DNA of 64,000 nucleotides from Planctomycetota bacterium (GCA_024229395.1 JAAESM010000050.1:250758-314757); one strand, 5' to 3'; counted from the first letter of the stretch, positions 24,780 through 35,319 are shown. Notes: generated by a model from the sequence alone, not told the origin. Numbers and translations are program-made.

Positions 24780-26819
24780 ATGTCTCGTCTTCAGTCTGGC
24801 ACCTCACAAGTCCTCGGCCTCATCGCCGTCGCCATCACCATCATCGCTGCAGCGGTGTTCGTTTTCATGTCTAGTGACCCGGCCACTCCGATTGAGGAGA
24901 CCAATCTGGTCACCGAGACCAATGGGACAGAGGAACTCGAAGATGTCCCGGGTTTGGATCCGAATCTAGCCAATGGTGGCCCGAGCCGCACCGAGGTTGA
25001 GCGTACCCCGACTGTGATGCCCGGAGCTGGCAAGGTGGATGACTTTGGTGACTTGATTGGTGCTGCCATTAGTGGGCGCGTGGTGAATCAAAATGGTCAG
25101 GCGGTCAGCGGAGCCGCCATCACGCTGAGCCAGCGTTACTCCAACAGCACCTTGATGCGTGGCTACAACCGCGGCGAACGCTTCGAAACTACCAGTGGTG
25201 CCGATGGAACGTTCCACTTCCGCAACCTAGCGGCCGGGATCGAGATGAACATGTGGGTGGCGCACTCGGAATACGCACCGAGCGCTGGCCCTCCCTTCGC
25301 TTCGTTGCAAGGCGAGGCCCAATATCTTGGCGACATCACCCTCACTGAGGGATTCAGCATTCACGGCACCGTCACCGATGAAGCCGGCAACCCGCTTGCC
25401 GCCGCCGTCGAAGTGCGCATGCAACCCAACGACGCCTTCCGCCTCGGTAGCAGTACCGAACTGCGCGAAGTGGATGAAGGCATGGGGCGTTTGTTGACGG
25501 TCATCGCCGATGAGCAAGGCAATTTCAAGGTCAACAAGTTGGCCGCCAACATCTGGAATGTCACCGCACGTTTGGAAGGCTACGCCAGTTCGCCAAAGAA
25601 CGCGATCTCCCTGCATGGGAAGCCGCGGCCACGCACCGAACCGATCCTCATCAAGCTAGGCGAGGAGTTCCACATCGCTGGTATCGTCCAAGATGAGAAT
25701 AAGAATCCGATTGCCGGTGCCATCATCAATGTTGCGCGCGCGCAACCTCGTCCGGTCGTCACCGCCGACGCCATCAGTGATGAGAACGGTCAATTCGATG
25801 TGCGTGGCCTGCAAAAGGGCATCTATAGCCTTTCCGCCCAAGCTGAAGGTTTCTCCAACGGGCGCGCTGGCCGCGTTGATGCCAACACCACGGACTTGAT
25901 CATGGTGCTGCAAGTGAAGGGTGGCGTTAGCGGTCGGGTCACCGATGCCAACGGCAGCCCGGTGCAGAAGTTCTCCCTTGAGGTTCTCCGCACCCGCTCC
26001 GGTAACGCCATGTACAGCTTGACTGGCTTGGTCCATCGCCTGGAGAGTGCCGACGGCAGTTACTCGCTTGGCAACTTGGATCCCGGCAGCTACATCTTGC
26101 TTGCCCGCGCCGACGGTTTGGCCGCAACCTACTCTGCAGGATTCTCGGTGCAACGCGACATGGTCGACGGCATCGATATCCCAATGAATCAAGGCGGCAT
26201 CATCTCTGGTCGTGTAGTTGATGCGGAGGGCATTCCGATCGCTGGCGCTGAGGTCAGCCTGCATGGCGATGAGTACAGTCCCGACGAGTTGAACTCCTTG
26301 TTCGGTGCATCTTTGGGTGATCCCAACAACGTTCCCACCACCAAAGTGCGCAGTGGTCGCGACGGCCAGTTCCGCCTCGAAAACGCTTACCTCGGTTCAG
26401 TCCAAGTGATGGTCAAGCATCAGCTTTACCTACCGCAGTTGGTTCCGTCCTCTGTAAGCAATGGTGGCCTCAACGAACTTGGCGATGTACGCCTGTACCG
26501 CGGTTCGTCAATCTTCGGCGTGGCCAAGGATCACGATGGCAACCTCTTGACTGGAGGTAGCGTCAATCTCACCAGCAAGGACAGCAACGCTTTCTTCCAC
26601 CGCTCAACCACCATCGACGCCCGTGGTCGCTACCGTTTCGACGGACTGAAGGCCGGTTCCTATCAAGTGGTGGCTCTACCAAGTGCTGCCGAGAACAGCT
26701 TCATGTTCCCGCCAGAAACCGATCAGCGCAGCATTTTCCTCAATGAAGGCCAAGATTCTGAGGTCGACCTCAGCTCAACGCTGATGCAGAAGGCCAAGAA
26801 GCCTGGCGACAGACGCTAG
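24780..26819 (+). CDS. membrane-anchored protein made of ~6 carboxypeptidase-regulatory-like (CarboxypepD_reg / Ig-like) repeats (paralog 1)
   Basis: N-terminal anchor VLGLIAVAITIIAAAVFVF. The repeated motif is ISGRVVNQNGQAVSGAAITL / IHGTVTDEAGNPLAAAVEV / IAGIVQDENKNPIAGAIINV / VSGRVTDANGSPVQKFSLEV / ISGRVVDAEGIPIAGAEVSL / IFGVAKDHDGNLLTGGSVNL. Each repeat is followed by G.F.(F)..L..G.Y. ATG verified at 24780. Confidence 0.7.
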   Translation: MSRLQSGTSQVLGLIAVAITIIAAAVFVFMSSDPATPIEETNLVTETNGTEELEDVPGLDPNLANGGPSRTEVERTPTVMPGAGKVDDFGDLIGAAISGRVVNQNGQAVSGAAITLSQRYSNSTLMRGYNRGERFETTSGADGTFHFRNLAAGIEMNMWVAHSEYAPSAGPPFASLQGEAQYLGDITLTEGFSIHGTVTDEAGNPLAAAVEVRMQPNDAFRLGSSTELREVDEGMGRLLTVIADEQGNFKVNKLAANIWNVTARLEGYASSPKNAISLHGKPRPRTEPILIKLGEEFHIAGIVQDENKNPIAGAIINVARAQPRPVVTADAISDENGQFDVRGLQKGIYSLSAQAEGFSNGRAGRVDANTTDLIMVLQVKGGVSGRVTDANGSPVQKFSLEVLRTRSGNAMYSLTGLVHRLESADGSYSLGNLDPGSYILLARADGLAATYSAGFSVQRDMVDGIDIPMNQGGIISGRVVDAEGIPIAGAEVSLHGDEYSPDELNSLFGASLGDPNNVPTTKVRSGRDGQFRLENAYLGSVQVMVKHQLYLPQLVPSSVSNGGLNELGDVRLYRGSSIFGVAKDHDGNLLTGGSVNLTSKDSNAFFHRSTTIDARGRYRFDGLKAGSYQVVALPSAAENSFMFPPETDQRSIFLNEGQDSEVDLSSTLMQKAKKPGDRR

Positions 26820-26894
26820 CCAAAAAAATCCTGCATTGGGGTCATATTCCCGTATCCTTCTCCGTCCCGTGAGAAGTTGCGGGCAACCATCATC

Positions 26895-28133
26895 ATGATT
26901 CTAAGCACGATTCTTCTTTCCGCGGCAGCTTTTCAGGAGCCGCTACAAGCCGAGGTTCGGGTAGCTGACCTCAAAGCCCACATCGGTTTCTTCACCAGCG
27001 AGGAGCTGGAAGGCCGCGAAGCGGGCAAGCGTGGCGCCCATCTTGCCGCCAGCTACATCGAGAACCAGTTTCGCCGCCTGGGCTTGAAGCCTCTCGGTGA
27101 GGAAGGCTCTTACCGTCTGCCCTTCGCCCTGCGCAAGGACACCGCTTACAACGTGGTCGGCATCTTGCCGGGAACCGATCCGGAACTCTCCAAGAAGTTC
27201 ATCGCCGTCGGTGGTCACCATGACCATGCGGGCTTGGGCTCAGGCATGTCCGGAGCCATGGGTTTCCCCTACGAGATCCACAATGGCGCCGACGACAACG
27301 CTTCGGGCGCCTCGGGTGTCTTGGAGTTGGCCGAGTACTACGCCGCTCATCCAAGCAAGCACTCGATGATCTTCATGACCTTCAGTGCTGAAGAACGTGG
27401 TTTATTGGGCAGTAAGCACTTGGTGCAAAGTGGCATCCTGCCGAACGATGACATCCTCTTCATGGTCAACCTCGACATGATCGGCCGCCTGACGGAAGAC
27501 AAGCTGTTCGTCGGTGGGCTCGGAACCGCAGAGGAATTGCATGACTACCTCGATCCTGTCTTCGAGGCCTGCAAATTGGATCTAGAGCTCGACGATCGCG
27601 GCGAAGCCCCTTCGGACAACACCAGCTTCTTCCACGGTGGTATCCCGGCGCTGTTCTTCTTCACCAACATTCACGAGGACTACCACATGCCAAGTGATGA
27701 TGCCGAGCGCATCAACTACGTCGGCGAGGTCAAGGTGCTCAACTTGGTGCAACGGGTCATCGCCAAGCTCGATGGCGCACCTTCGCTGACCTTCCGCAAT
27801 CACGGCGGTATGGGCATGCCAGAGGATTTCATGGCGCGCATGAACACGCACTACCGCAGTATTGCCAAGCGCAAAAGCATGAAGGGCAAGCTCGGCGTGC
27901 GAGCTGGCGACGTGGTCGGCAACGGCTTGTTGGTGGATTCCGTCCGTGATGGCAGTGCGGCCGCTGAAGCCGGCATGAAGGACGGCGACGTCTTGCTGGC
28001 GATTAATGACCGCAACACTATCGACATGATGGCGCTGCGCCGTGCGCTCGCCAGTGGCTTGAAGGGCGATGAGATCAATATCAAGGTCTTGCGCGGTGAA
28101 ACCACGGTGAGATTGACCGCTGTCCTGAAGTAA
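26895..28133 (+). CDS. secreted M28-family aminopeptidase with a C-terminal PDZ domain
   Basis: Signal MILSTILLSAAAFQ. M28 motifs are VGGHHDHAG, GADDNASGASGVLELAEY, FSAEERGLLGSKH and DYHMPSDD. A PDZ-like segment is present (LGVRAGDVVGNGLLVDSVRDGSAAAEAGMKDGDVLLAINDRN). A TTG at 26877 is an alternative start. Confidence 0.85.
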   Translation: MILSTILLSAAAFQEPLQAEVRVADLKAHIGFFTSEELEGREAGKRGAHLAASYIENQFRRLGLKPLGEEGSYRLPFALRKDTAYNVVGILPGTDPELSKKFIAVGGHHDHAGLGSGMSGAMGFPYEIHNGADDNASGASGVLELAEYYAAHPSKHSMIFMTFSAEERGLLGSKHLVQSGILPNDDILFMVNLDMIGRLTEDKLFVGGLGTAEELHDYLDPVFEACKLDLELDDRGEAPSDNTSFFHGGIPALFFFTNIHEDYHMPSDDAERINYVGEVKVLNLVQRVIAKLDGAPSLTFRNHGGMGMPEDFMARMNTHYRSIAKRKSMKGKLGVRAGDVVGNGLLVDSVRDGSAAAEAGMKDGDVLLAINDRNTIDMMALRRALASGLKGDEINIKVLRGETTVRLTAVLK

Positions 28134-28153
28134 TCAGCAGGTTAATCCCCATT

Positions 28154-28189
28154 AAGGCCGGTAGCGATTGGAATCGCTACCGGCCTTTT
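28154..28189 (+). terminator. rho-independent terminator after the M28-PDZ gene
   Basis: Perfect inverted repeat aaggccggtagcgatt (28154-28169) / aatcgctaccggcctt (28172-28187), running into TTTT (28186-28189), 20 nt after the stop. Confidence 0.7.
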
Positions 28190-28196
28190 GCGTAGA

Positions 28197-31187
28197 ATGG
28201 CCGCGGCTATGCGCAAGAATCCCATTCTCGCTGGTGGAATTGCAGGATTGCTGATCCTGGTCGTGGCTGTATTTGACCCATTCGGCCTTTTCAACGGCCC
28301 CCAGACCCCGGTCAACGAGATCACCGATGTCGATCCTGAGCTGGAGCAGGGCGCTCCCCCACAGGAAGAAGCTCAGCTCGAGACCAGCAAACGCGTAGTC
28401 GCGATGGAATCCGCCGAGGAGCAAGCCAAGGATGTGGTGTTCTTCGCGCGTACTTCCGAAGGTGCCCAGCGCTTTGAAGCCGGACGTGGTTGGGCGCGCA
28501 TTCCATTGAATACAGAAGCCACCACCCCCGTAGCCGCTTTGAGTTTGTCGACTTGGTCTGCGGTCGTGGAGCTGCCAGAAGCCAGCGTCACGGTCAGCGA
28601 AGAGATTCTGCTGAACCTGGATATTCCGGCCTCGGATCTAGAACTGAACGTCAGCGTGGCTGGTCAAGAGGAAATGGCTCTGCCGCATGCCACCATCCAC
28701 CCAGTCGATGAATCGTTGGTGGCCAGTGCCGCGGAGATGTATCTCGAGGAGATCAGTGCCGGAAGCTCCCTGTTCCAAGGATCGGAAGGCAAGCTGTCTT
28801 GGGTCGACCTGCCGCCAGGCCCTTATGAGATTGAAATCAAGCATAAGGATTGTGTCACGCAAAGACTGCAGGTCCGCTTGACTTCCGGACAAGCGACGCA
28901 GATGCCGGTTGAGTTGCAACGCAGTGGTGGCATCAGCGGCGAGGTCGCCAACGCCGCTGGCGAGAAGTTGATCGGTGCACAAGTCGCACTGTGGCAGCGC
29001 GAAGGAGCATCCACCTTGGAAGATCCGCTGTTGGCCTTCAAGACCTACGGCTTCTTCCCACGCTTGGATTCAAGCTTGCGTACAACTACCGCTGAAGACG
29101 GCAGTTTCCGATTCGAGAACTTGGCGCCTGGCGATTGGACGGTGCTGGTGCATGCCAGCGATTATCGCCCCTTAGTTGGTGGCAGCACCATTCAAGTGGT
29201 TTCCGCGGATACCGCCAAGACCGGCACTTTGACACCCGTCGCTGGCTTCAACCTCACCCTGAATCTGGTTGGCGTCGATGGCCAGAGCGTCAGTGGTGCC
29301 AGCGTTCGTTGGATGAAGCGGCCGCCATCGGGGCGCGCCTTGCCACAACAAGCCAGCTCTTCGCCACTGGCCAGCGATGCCAATGGCCAATGTCTATTAG
29401 CTGGCTTGCCGAATGGCCGCGTTCACCTGCAAGTGGTCCATGATGACTTTGCCGTGGCCGAACAAGCAATCGACATCCAAGCCGATCCTGCAACTCCAGA
29501 ACTGCTGGAGATCGTACTCCATGAAGGCCGCAAGTTGAACGGCCGCGTGCTTGACATCATCACCGAGGTACCCATCGCAGGAGTCGACCTGAAGATCGTG
29601 CCACGCATGGGCGGCACGCGCAGCCTGGCCGGCTTTGGCCCGGGCTTCACTACCGAGGCCATCACCGATGAAGACGGCGCTTTCAGTTTCTCAAGCTTGC
29701 CGCCGGATGATTACCTGCTGATCGCCCACCACTCGGAGTACGCGCAGACCTTGTCGCCATCGATCGCGGTCGGCGATGGCATGAGTGATGAGACCCAATT
29801 GTTCATCTCCCCAGGAGCCAACTTGGCGGTGGAACTGCTCGATACCACCGGTGCGCCCTTGCCCAACACTTGGGTCATCGCGCTGGGTGAAGTGAACCAG
29901 GATTTCCGTCGCCAGCAGACCGATGAAGGCGGTGTTGCTCGCTTTGAGCATATGCCCGCTGGCACCTACAAAGTCATGCAAGCCGATTCGGTCGCGCAGG
30001 CCACCAGTAGGTCCGGGCGCCTGCACCGCGATTACGAATATTGCAGCTTGATGGACTTGGAGAATCGCGAGGTGCTGCTCGGCGGCCGCGAAGTCTTCTC
30101 CACCCTCGAAGGCTTCGTGTTGCTCGGCGGCAAGGCCGTCAGCGGCCGACGCGTGGTGTTGCTGGCTGATGATGGCACGCGCATAGCCACTTCTGACCAG
30201 AGCGGTTTCTATCAGTTCGAAGATCTCGTTCCGGGTAACTACCTGTTCCAGGTCACCACTGGCGCTTCCTCGCTCGGCGGGAGTTTCTTCGGCAGTGTCA
30301 GCGTCACTTCCGACGCCATCTCTAATCGCGACATCATCCTGCCCTCAGCCGAGCTCGAGGTCCATATCGCCGATGCCCGCGGCGGCCGACCAGTTCCGCG
30401 CATTCCGATCAACTTGCGCCCCGCCGACGGCACCGCAGTAGCTGGCGGTCAGTTCCAATCCAGCGACGACAACGGTGTCGCCACCTTCAAGACTTTGCGC
30501 CCGGGTAAATACCTAGTCTGCGCTGGCGAGGCCGCCATGCCATTCTTCGGCGGCACCGGCATGTTCGGTGCCAAGATGACCGAGATCGAGATCAAGCCTG
30601 GGCAAAAGAACACCCAGCGCCTCGACCTTCGTCTCCCGCGCAGCGCAACCTTCACCGCCAATGTCCGCGACATCCAAGGTCGTCCGCTCGACAATGTGCA
30701 CCTGCATTACGAGAACAAACAAGGTCAAGTGCTGAATCGCATGTCGATGACTGGCAGCAACGCCAATGGCTTGATCGAGCTGCGCGGCCTGCCACCGGGC
30801 AACGGCGTCATCGTGGCGCGCCACCCAAGCTTTGGCTTGTCGCGCACACCGATCGAATTGGTCGAGGGCCAACGTGCCTCGCGCACCATCACCTTGCAGC
30901 CCGCATCCTTGGTCTTTGTGCAGATGGTCGACCCCGACGGCCGCCCGCTGACTGGAGTCATTGCCACCATCGTCGAAAAAGATGGCCGCGTGATCGGCCG
31001 TCTCAACACCATGAAAGAAGCCCAAGAGACCCGCTTGGCTTACTTGCGTGGCATCGAGCAGAAACTGGGGCCACTGCTACCAAGCAGCTACTCGGTGAAG
31101 ATGTTCCGCCCCGGTGAGAAGCCTCGCTTCCACCCGGTCGAAGTGCTACCGAACGCGCGCGATCAGCATCTGCGCCTAGTCTACTAG
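28197..31187 (+). CDS. membrane-anchored CarboxypepD_reg-repeat protein (paralog 2, ~996 aa)
   Basis: Anchor ILAGGIAGLLILVVAVF. Repeats include ISGEVANAAGEKLIGAQVAL, LNGRVLDIITEVPIAGVDLKI and FTANVRDIQGRPLDNVHLHY. The C-terminal ~250 aa aligns by eye with the C-terminus of 32235..35303. The ATG at 28197 is preferred because the TTG at 28188 lies inside the terminator. Confidence 0.7.
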   Translation: MAAAMRKNPILAGGIAGLLILVVAVFDPFGLFNGPQTPVNEITDVDPELEQGAPPQEEAQLETSKRVVAMESAEEQAKDVVFFARTSEGAQRFEAGRGWARIPLNTEATTPVAALSLSTWSAVVELPEASVTVSEEILLNLDIPASDLELNVSVAGQEEMALPHATIHPVDESLVASAAEMYLEEISAGSSLFQGSEGKLSWVDLPPGPYEIEIKHKDCVTQRLQVRLTSGQATQMPVELQRSGGISGEVANAAGEKLIGAQVALWQREGASTLEDPLLAFKTYGFFPRLDSSLRTTTAEDGSFRFENLAPGDWTVLVHASDYRPLVGGSTIQVVSADTAKTGTLTPVAGFNLTLNLVGVDGQSVSGASVRWMKRPPSGRALPQQASSSPLASDANGQCLLAGLPNGRVHLQVVHDDFAVAEQAIDIQADPATPELLEIVLHEGRKLNGRVLDIITEVPIAGVDLKIVPRMGGTRSLAGFGPGFTTEAITDEDGAFSFSSLPPDDYLLIAHHSEYAQTLSPSIAVGDGMSDETQLFISPGANLAVELLDTTGAPLPNTWVIALGEVNQDFRRQQTDEGGVARFEHMPAGTYKVMQADSVAQATSRSGRLHRDYEYCSLMDLENREVLLGGREVFSTLEGFVLLGGKAVSGRRVVLLADDGTRIATSDQSGFYQFEDLVPGNYLFQVTTGASSLGGSFFGSVSVTSDAISNRDIILPSAELEVHIADARGGRPVPRIPINLRPADGTAVAGGQFQSSDDNGVATFKTLRPGKYLVCAGEAAMPFFGGTGMFGAKMTEIEIKPGQKNTQRLDLRLPRSATFTANVRDIQGRPLDNVHLHYENKQGQVLNRMSMTGSNANGLIELRGLPPGNGVIVARHPSFGLSRTPIELVEGQRASRTITLQPASLVFVQMVDPDGRPLTGVIATIVEKDGRVIGRLNTMKEAQETRLAYLRGIEQKLGPLLPSSYSVKMFRPGEKPRFHPVEVLPNARDQHLRLVY

Positions 31188-31191
31188 AACA

Positions 31192-32172
31192 GTGATTGCC
31201 CTGTTGATGCAAGCGGCTGAGCCGCCATTCCGTGGTGCCGGAGAGTTCTCAGCTCTTGGTGGCGCGCTGGTTTGGGCGATCGCCTCGATCCTCTACGCCA
31301 AGTCCTTTCGCAAGGGCGGCACCAACGACGCCGTCTGGTTCAAGAACTTCATCAGCACCGTCGTCCTGGGCCTGATCGCTCTGGTCATCGGACGCGAATA
31401 TGGCGGCGGCTTACCGGCTATGCATGAGTTCGGCTGGATCCTCGCCTCTGGCCTGTTCGGCATGTGGATCGGCGACTGGATGTACTTCATCGCGTTGACC
31501 CATTTGGGTGTCAGTCGCTCGGTCATCTTGACCATGGCAACTCCTGCATTGACCGCCATGTTCGCATGGTGGATCTATGGCGAAGTCCTAATCGTCGGCC
31601 AATGGATCGGCATCTTGTGCGTGGTCGGTGGCAGCATCCTGGTCGAGAGCCGACGCCTGAAGCCTGCCGCTGCTGAGCCCCAGGATGAGAAGGAAGGCGC
31701 CGCCGCTGCAGAAGAAAGCCTGGCACCGGTGCGCTCCCTGAAGGTGGGCTATCTCTCCTGCCTTACCGCAACCTTGGCCTGGACTCTCAGCAACCTGTTG
31801 GTTCGCAAGGGCCTGGTCGAGACCGGCGCCGTCACCGGTGGCGCCCTGCGCTTGGCCGCAGGTACCTTCGGATTCGCCGTGTGGTTCCTGTTTCGCGGAC
31901 AACTACGCCAGCAGATACGCAAGCTCGGCACCTGGGATAGTTGGCGCAAGTTCGCCTTCCCTACCTTTCTGGGCACGGTGGTCGGCATGAGCCTCTATGT
32001 GGCCGGCTTCAAATGGGCGCCACAGGGCGTGGCCTCGAGTCTGGCGTCTACGGTGCCGTTGTTCGCCTTGCCGCTGTCGATCTGGCTGCTGCACGAGAAA
32101 TCGAGCTGGCGTGGCTGGCTAGGCAGCATCGTGGTCGTGATTGGCGTTTTCTTGGTCGGGAAAGTGCTCTAA
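31192..32172 (+). CDS. EamA/DMT-superfamily permease (10 TM)
   Basis: Two EamA-like halves of hydrophobic helices (GGALVWAIASILYAK..., LSCLTATLAWTLSNLLVRKG...). There is a GTG start 4 nt after the upstream stop. Confidence 0.75.
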   Translation: MIALLMQAAEPPFRGAGEFSALGGALVWAIASILYAKSFRKGGTNDAVWFKNFISTVVLGLIALVIGREYGGGLPAMHEFGWILASGLFGMWIGDWMYFIALTHLGVSRSVILTMATPALTAMFAWWIYGEVLIVGQWIGILCVVGGSILVESRRLKPAAAEPQDEKEGAAAAEESLAPVRSLKVGYLSCLTATLAWTLSNLLVRKGLVETGAVTGGALRLAAGTFGFAVWFLFRGQLRQQIRKLGTWDSWRKFAFPTFLGTVVGMSLYVAGFKWAPQGVASSLASTVPLFALPLSIWLLHEKSSWRGWLGSIVVVIGVFLVGKVL

Positions 32173-32234
32173 ACCCTTCTGTTCACGCCATTTTCGCAAA
32201 ATATCGCCCGCGATTGGCGAATTAGTGCGTAACA

Positions 32235-35200
32235 ATGAGCAAGGTGAACAAACGACTAATCCCCCTACTCCTGGTCGCCGGCGTCATTGCACTTGCTGTC
32301 TATCTGATCAGATCGATCAACGACCCCGATTCCACCACGAATGGTGGTGGCACAACCCCTCCCACTGCTTCCGGCGAAAACGCCGAACTGGAGCAGGCAG
32401 AGCTCGAAAACAATAGCGATATCCCGCTTCCTGATTCGGACCTCAGCTTCGAGCCACAAGCACTGGAGCGCTCTGAATTCTCCAACGCGGCGCTGATCGT
32501 CGACGTGGTTCTCGACAGCCAAGGAACGACCGCCGATTCCTTCGATCTGTTGCTAGTCGATTTCGATGAGGAGATCACCACCTTGCATCAGCGTTCCGAA
32601 CATGTCGACCTGGCGAATATCAGCAATGTCGAATATGTATGTGCTCGTGGACCGGAGGGATGGTCCAAGATGTACGCGGTTGCCGATGCAGAAGATATTG
32701 ACGGCACCCCGCATGTGCAAGTCACCTTGGATCAACCTCGCGTTGGTTTCCAAATCACCAGCCACAGCAGCGATGGCGTATCCACCGCCAATGCCAAGCT
32801 CACCCTGGAAGCTATCAACGGCGTAGCCGTCAGTTATCTACGCAGCAGTCTGGCCAGCGCCAAGATGGATGCTGACACCACCGGCACCTTCCGACTCGAA
32901 GAAATGCCGCCGGCGGTCTACGAAGGCAGTTTGACCTTGGCAGGTCATGTGCCGCAAACCCTGTCGATCGACCTCAGAGAAGCAAGCGATCATTCGCTGG
33001 ATGTCAGTTTTGAGCCTTCTGGAAGTACGTCGGGGCGCATCGTTTCTGAGGGCAAAGGTCTGGCAGAAACCACCGTCGCTCTTCTTTCCGCCGATTTCCA
33101 AGACAACCTGTTTGGTTTTGGACTCGATGACTTCCGCAGTGTCGGCGAAATGCCCGACGCCGTAGAAGCATTCAACATCACCACCACCGACGCCAACGGC
33201 AACTTCCAGCTGAGCCTAGCTGCCGCCGGCGAGTATCAGATCCTGGTCGCGGCTGAGGGTTTCTTGCCGTTGATCAGCGCCGACCCCATCACCGTGATTG
33301 CGCATGAGAATACCGATTGCGGCGATATCGAGATGGAGCTCGGCTTCGGCTTGAACTTGGTGGTGGTTGATTCCAAGGCGATCGCCGTGCCTGATGTCAG
33401 CGTGCGTTGGTATCGCAATGCGGGCAGCAACCTAGTGGAAGCTAGGCGTCGCGGCACAGTGGAACAACACACCACCAATGATCGTGGTGTCTTGAAGTTG
33501 CGTGGTCTGCCTGCTGCGCAGATCACCTTGGAGCTGACCCATCCGGATTATGCCCATTTAGTCCTGGAGCATGATTTCTCCGGTCGCACCAAGAAGACCA
33601 ATGATCCGCTCGAGGTGGTACTTCAAGTTGGTGCTTCGGTCGCCGGTTCGGTGATTGATGGGCGCAGCGGCATGCCAATCGCGGACGCCAGCCTCGAGTT
33701 ACATACGACCAGCAACAACTCGGGCTTCGGTGCCTTGATTCGTGGTTCCGATTGGGATGCTACCAGTGGCCAAGATGGCAAATTCGATTTTGCCCACCTG
33801 CCAAGTGATGAGTACATCTTGATCGCGCGTCACAGCGACTTCGCCGAGACCCAAGTCGGTCCGCTGACGGTCGAAGGCAGCGCCGTCGAGAACATCACCG
33901 TGATGATGCACCCCGGTGGAACGCTGTTGGTTTCGGTGTTGGACAGTGATGGTGTTGGAATCGCCGAAGCTACTGTGCAAGCCGTCAACACCGAAGCGCA
34001 GCAAGTGCTGACTGGTGACACCGATGAAGAGGGATTGGCGCGCATCGAGAACGTCGCGCCCGGTAACTACCAGATCGCCTTCACCGACATCTCTGCCTTC
34101 GATACCGATAACAACACCGGCAATATCGACGTCCGTTTCAAGTTCGTCACGGTCGAAGAGAACCAAGAAGTCGAAGTGGTCCTTGGTGGTCCGATCCTCA
34201 GCGCCGACGTCGAAGGTGTGGTGCGCATGGGCAGTGAGTTGATCAATGCCGCGACCGTCGCCATCATCACCGATAGTGGCATCAAGACTGATAGTTCCGA
34301 TGAGACGGGTGCCTACAAGATTGAAGGTGTGCCACTTGGCGCTTACACCATCCTGGTTCGCACCGGCTTACCGCTACGCGGTGGTTCGACCTTCTACGAT
34401 TACATTGCGATCGATCACGAAGGCACCATTACGCGCGATATCGATATACCCAATGCTGGTGTTGAGATCACCGTGATCGGCGCTGCGGATCGCATAGGCT
34501 TGGCTAGCATTCCAGTAACCGTACGGCCAATGGATGGCAGCAATATCTCCGGTGGCGATTTCGGTCTGACTGATGAAGCTGGCGTGGTTAGGTTCCCAAG
34601 CTTGCCCGCAGGTGAGTACATCATCTCGGCCGGTAATGCCGCCGCCAGTTTCTTGGCGTCGTCGGAAGCCGGCTTCGGTTCCTTGCAGAAGAGTCACGTT
34701 TTTATCGAAGAAGGATCCGGCATCCAGAAGATCGAGATGGCCTTGCAATTAGGAGCCACTTTCAAGGTGCAGGTCACCGACCCTGAAGGCAATCTGCTTT
34801 CAGGAGTGCATATGCATTACCTCGATGCCGAAGGCCAGCCTTTGAACATCCTGTCCTTCAAAGGAACCAATAGCAAAGGTGTGGCCGAGATGACTGGCTT
34901 GCCCGCTGGTCCTGGCATCATCCATGTGCGTCATCCGCAACTGGGTAGCAAGGAGATCCAGGTCAACCTGAAGGCCGGCGAAGCCACCAAGCAACGGGTC
35001 CAACTGGAACGTGGCACCGTGGTCTACGTCAGCGTGACGGATGCCAGCGGCGCCCCTCAATCGGGTGTCTTGGCGACCGCCTTGGATCGCCGAGGCTCGC
35101 CGATCTCCTACCTGTGGAGCCAAGAAGAGACCCAAGCGACCAACGCTGCTTTCTTCAGCGGTGGGGAACAGAAGCTCGGTCCATTGCCGGATGGGGACTA

Positions 35201-35303
35201 CCTGATCCAGCTCTATCGCCCCGGCAACCCACCAGTGAGGCATGTCGTGGCGGTCAAGGGAGAGCAGGAAATGCATCTGAGCCTTCCCTATTCGGCCGAG
35301 TAA
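32235..35303 (+). CDS. membrane-anchored CarboxypepD_reg-repeat protein (paralog 3, 1022 aa)
   Basis: Anchor LIPLLLVAGVIALAVYLI. Repeats include TSGRIVSEGKGLAETTVAL, VAGSVIDGRSGMPIADASLEL, VEGVVRMGSELINAATVAI and FKVQVTDPEGNLLSGVHMHY. The C-terminus is paralogous to 28197..31187 (EQKLGPLPDGDYLIQLYRPG vs EQKLGPLLPSSYSVKMFRPG). Confidence 0.7.
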   Translation: MSKVNKRLIPLLLVAGVIALAVYLIRSINDPDSTTNGGGTTPPTASGENAELEQAELENNSDIPLPDSDLSFEPQALERSEFSNAALIVDVVLDSQGTTADSFDLLLVDFDEEITTLHQRSEHVDLANISNVEYVCARGPEGWSKMYAVADAEDIDGTPHVQVTLDQPRVGFQITSHSSDGVSTANAKLTLEAINGVAVSYLRSSLASAKMDADTTGTFRLEEMPPAVYEGSLTLAGHVPQTLSIDLREASDHSLDVSFEPSGSTSGRIVSEGKGLAETTVALLSADFQDNLFGFGLDDFRSVGEMPDAVEAFNITTTDANGNFQLSLAAAGEYQILVAAEGFLPLISADPITVIAHENTDCGDIEMELGFGLNLVVVDSKAIAVPDVSVRWYRNAGSNLVEARRRGTVEQHTTNDRGVLKLRGLPAAQITLELTHPDYAHLVLEHDFSGRTKKTNDPLEVVLQVGASVAGSVIDGRSGMPIADASLELHTTSNNSGFGALIRGSDWDATSGQDGKFDFAHLPSDEYILIARHSDFAETQVGPLTVEGSAVENITVMMHPGGTLLVSVLDSDGVGIAEATVQAVNTEAQQVLTGDTDEEGLARIENVAPGNYQIAFTDISAFDTDNNTGNIDVRFKFVTVEENQEVEVVLGGPILSADVEGVVRMGSELINAATVAIITDSGIKTDSSDETGAYKIEGVPLGAYTILVRTGLPLRGGSTFYDYIAIDHEGTITRDIDIPNAGVEITVIGAADRIGLASIPVTVRPMDGSNISGGDFGLTDEAGVVRFPSLPAGEYIISAGNAAASFLASSEAGFGSLQKSHVFIEEGSGIQKIEMALQLGATFKVQVTDPEGNLLSGVHMHYLDAEGQPLNILSFKGTNSKGVAEMTGLPAGPGIIHVRHPQLGSKEIQVNLKAGEATKQRVQLERGTVVYVSVTDASGAPQSGVLATALDRRGSPISYLWSQEETQATNAAFFSGGEQKLGPLPDGDYLIQLYRPGNPPVRHVVAVKGEQEMHLSLPYSAE

Positions 35304-35319
35304 GGGTAGGCTCTCCGCC

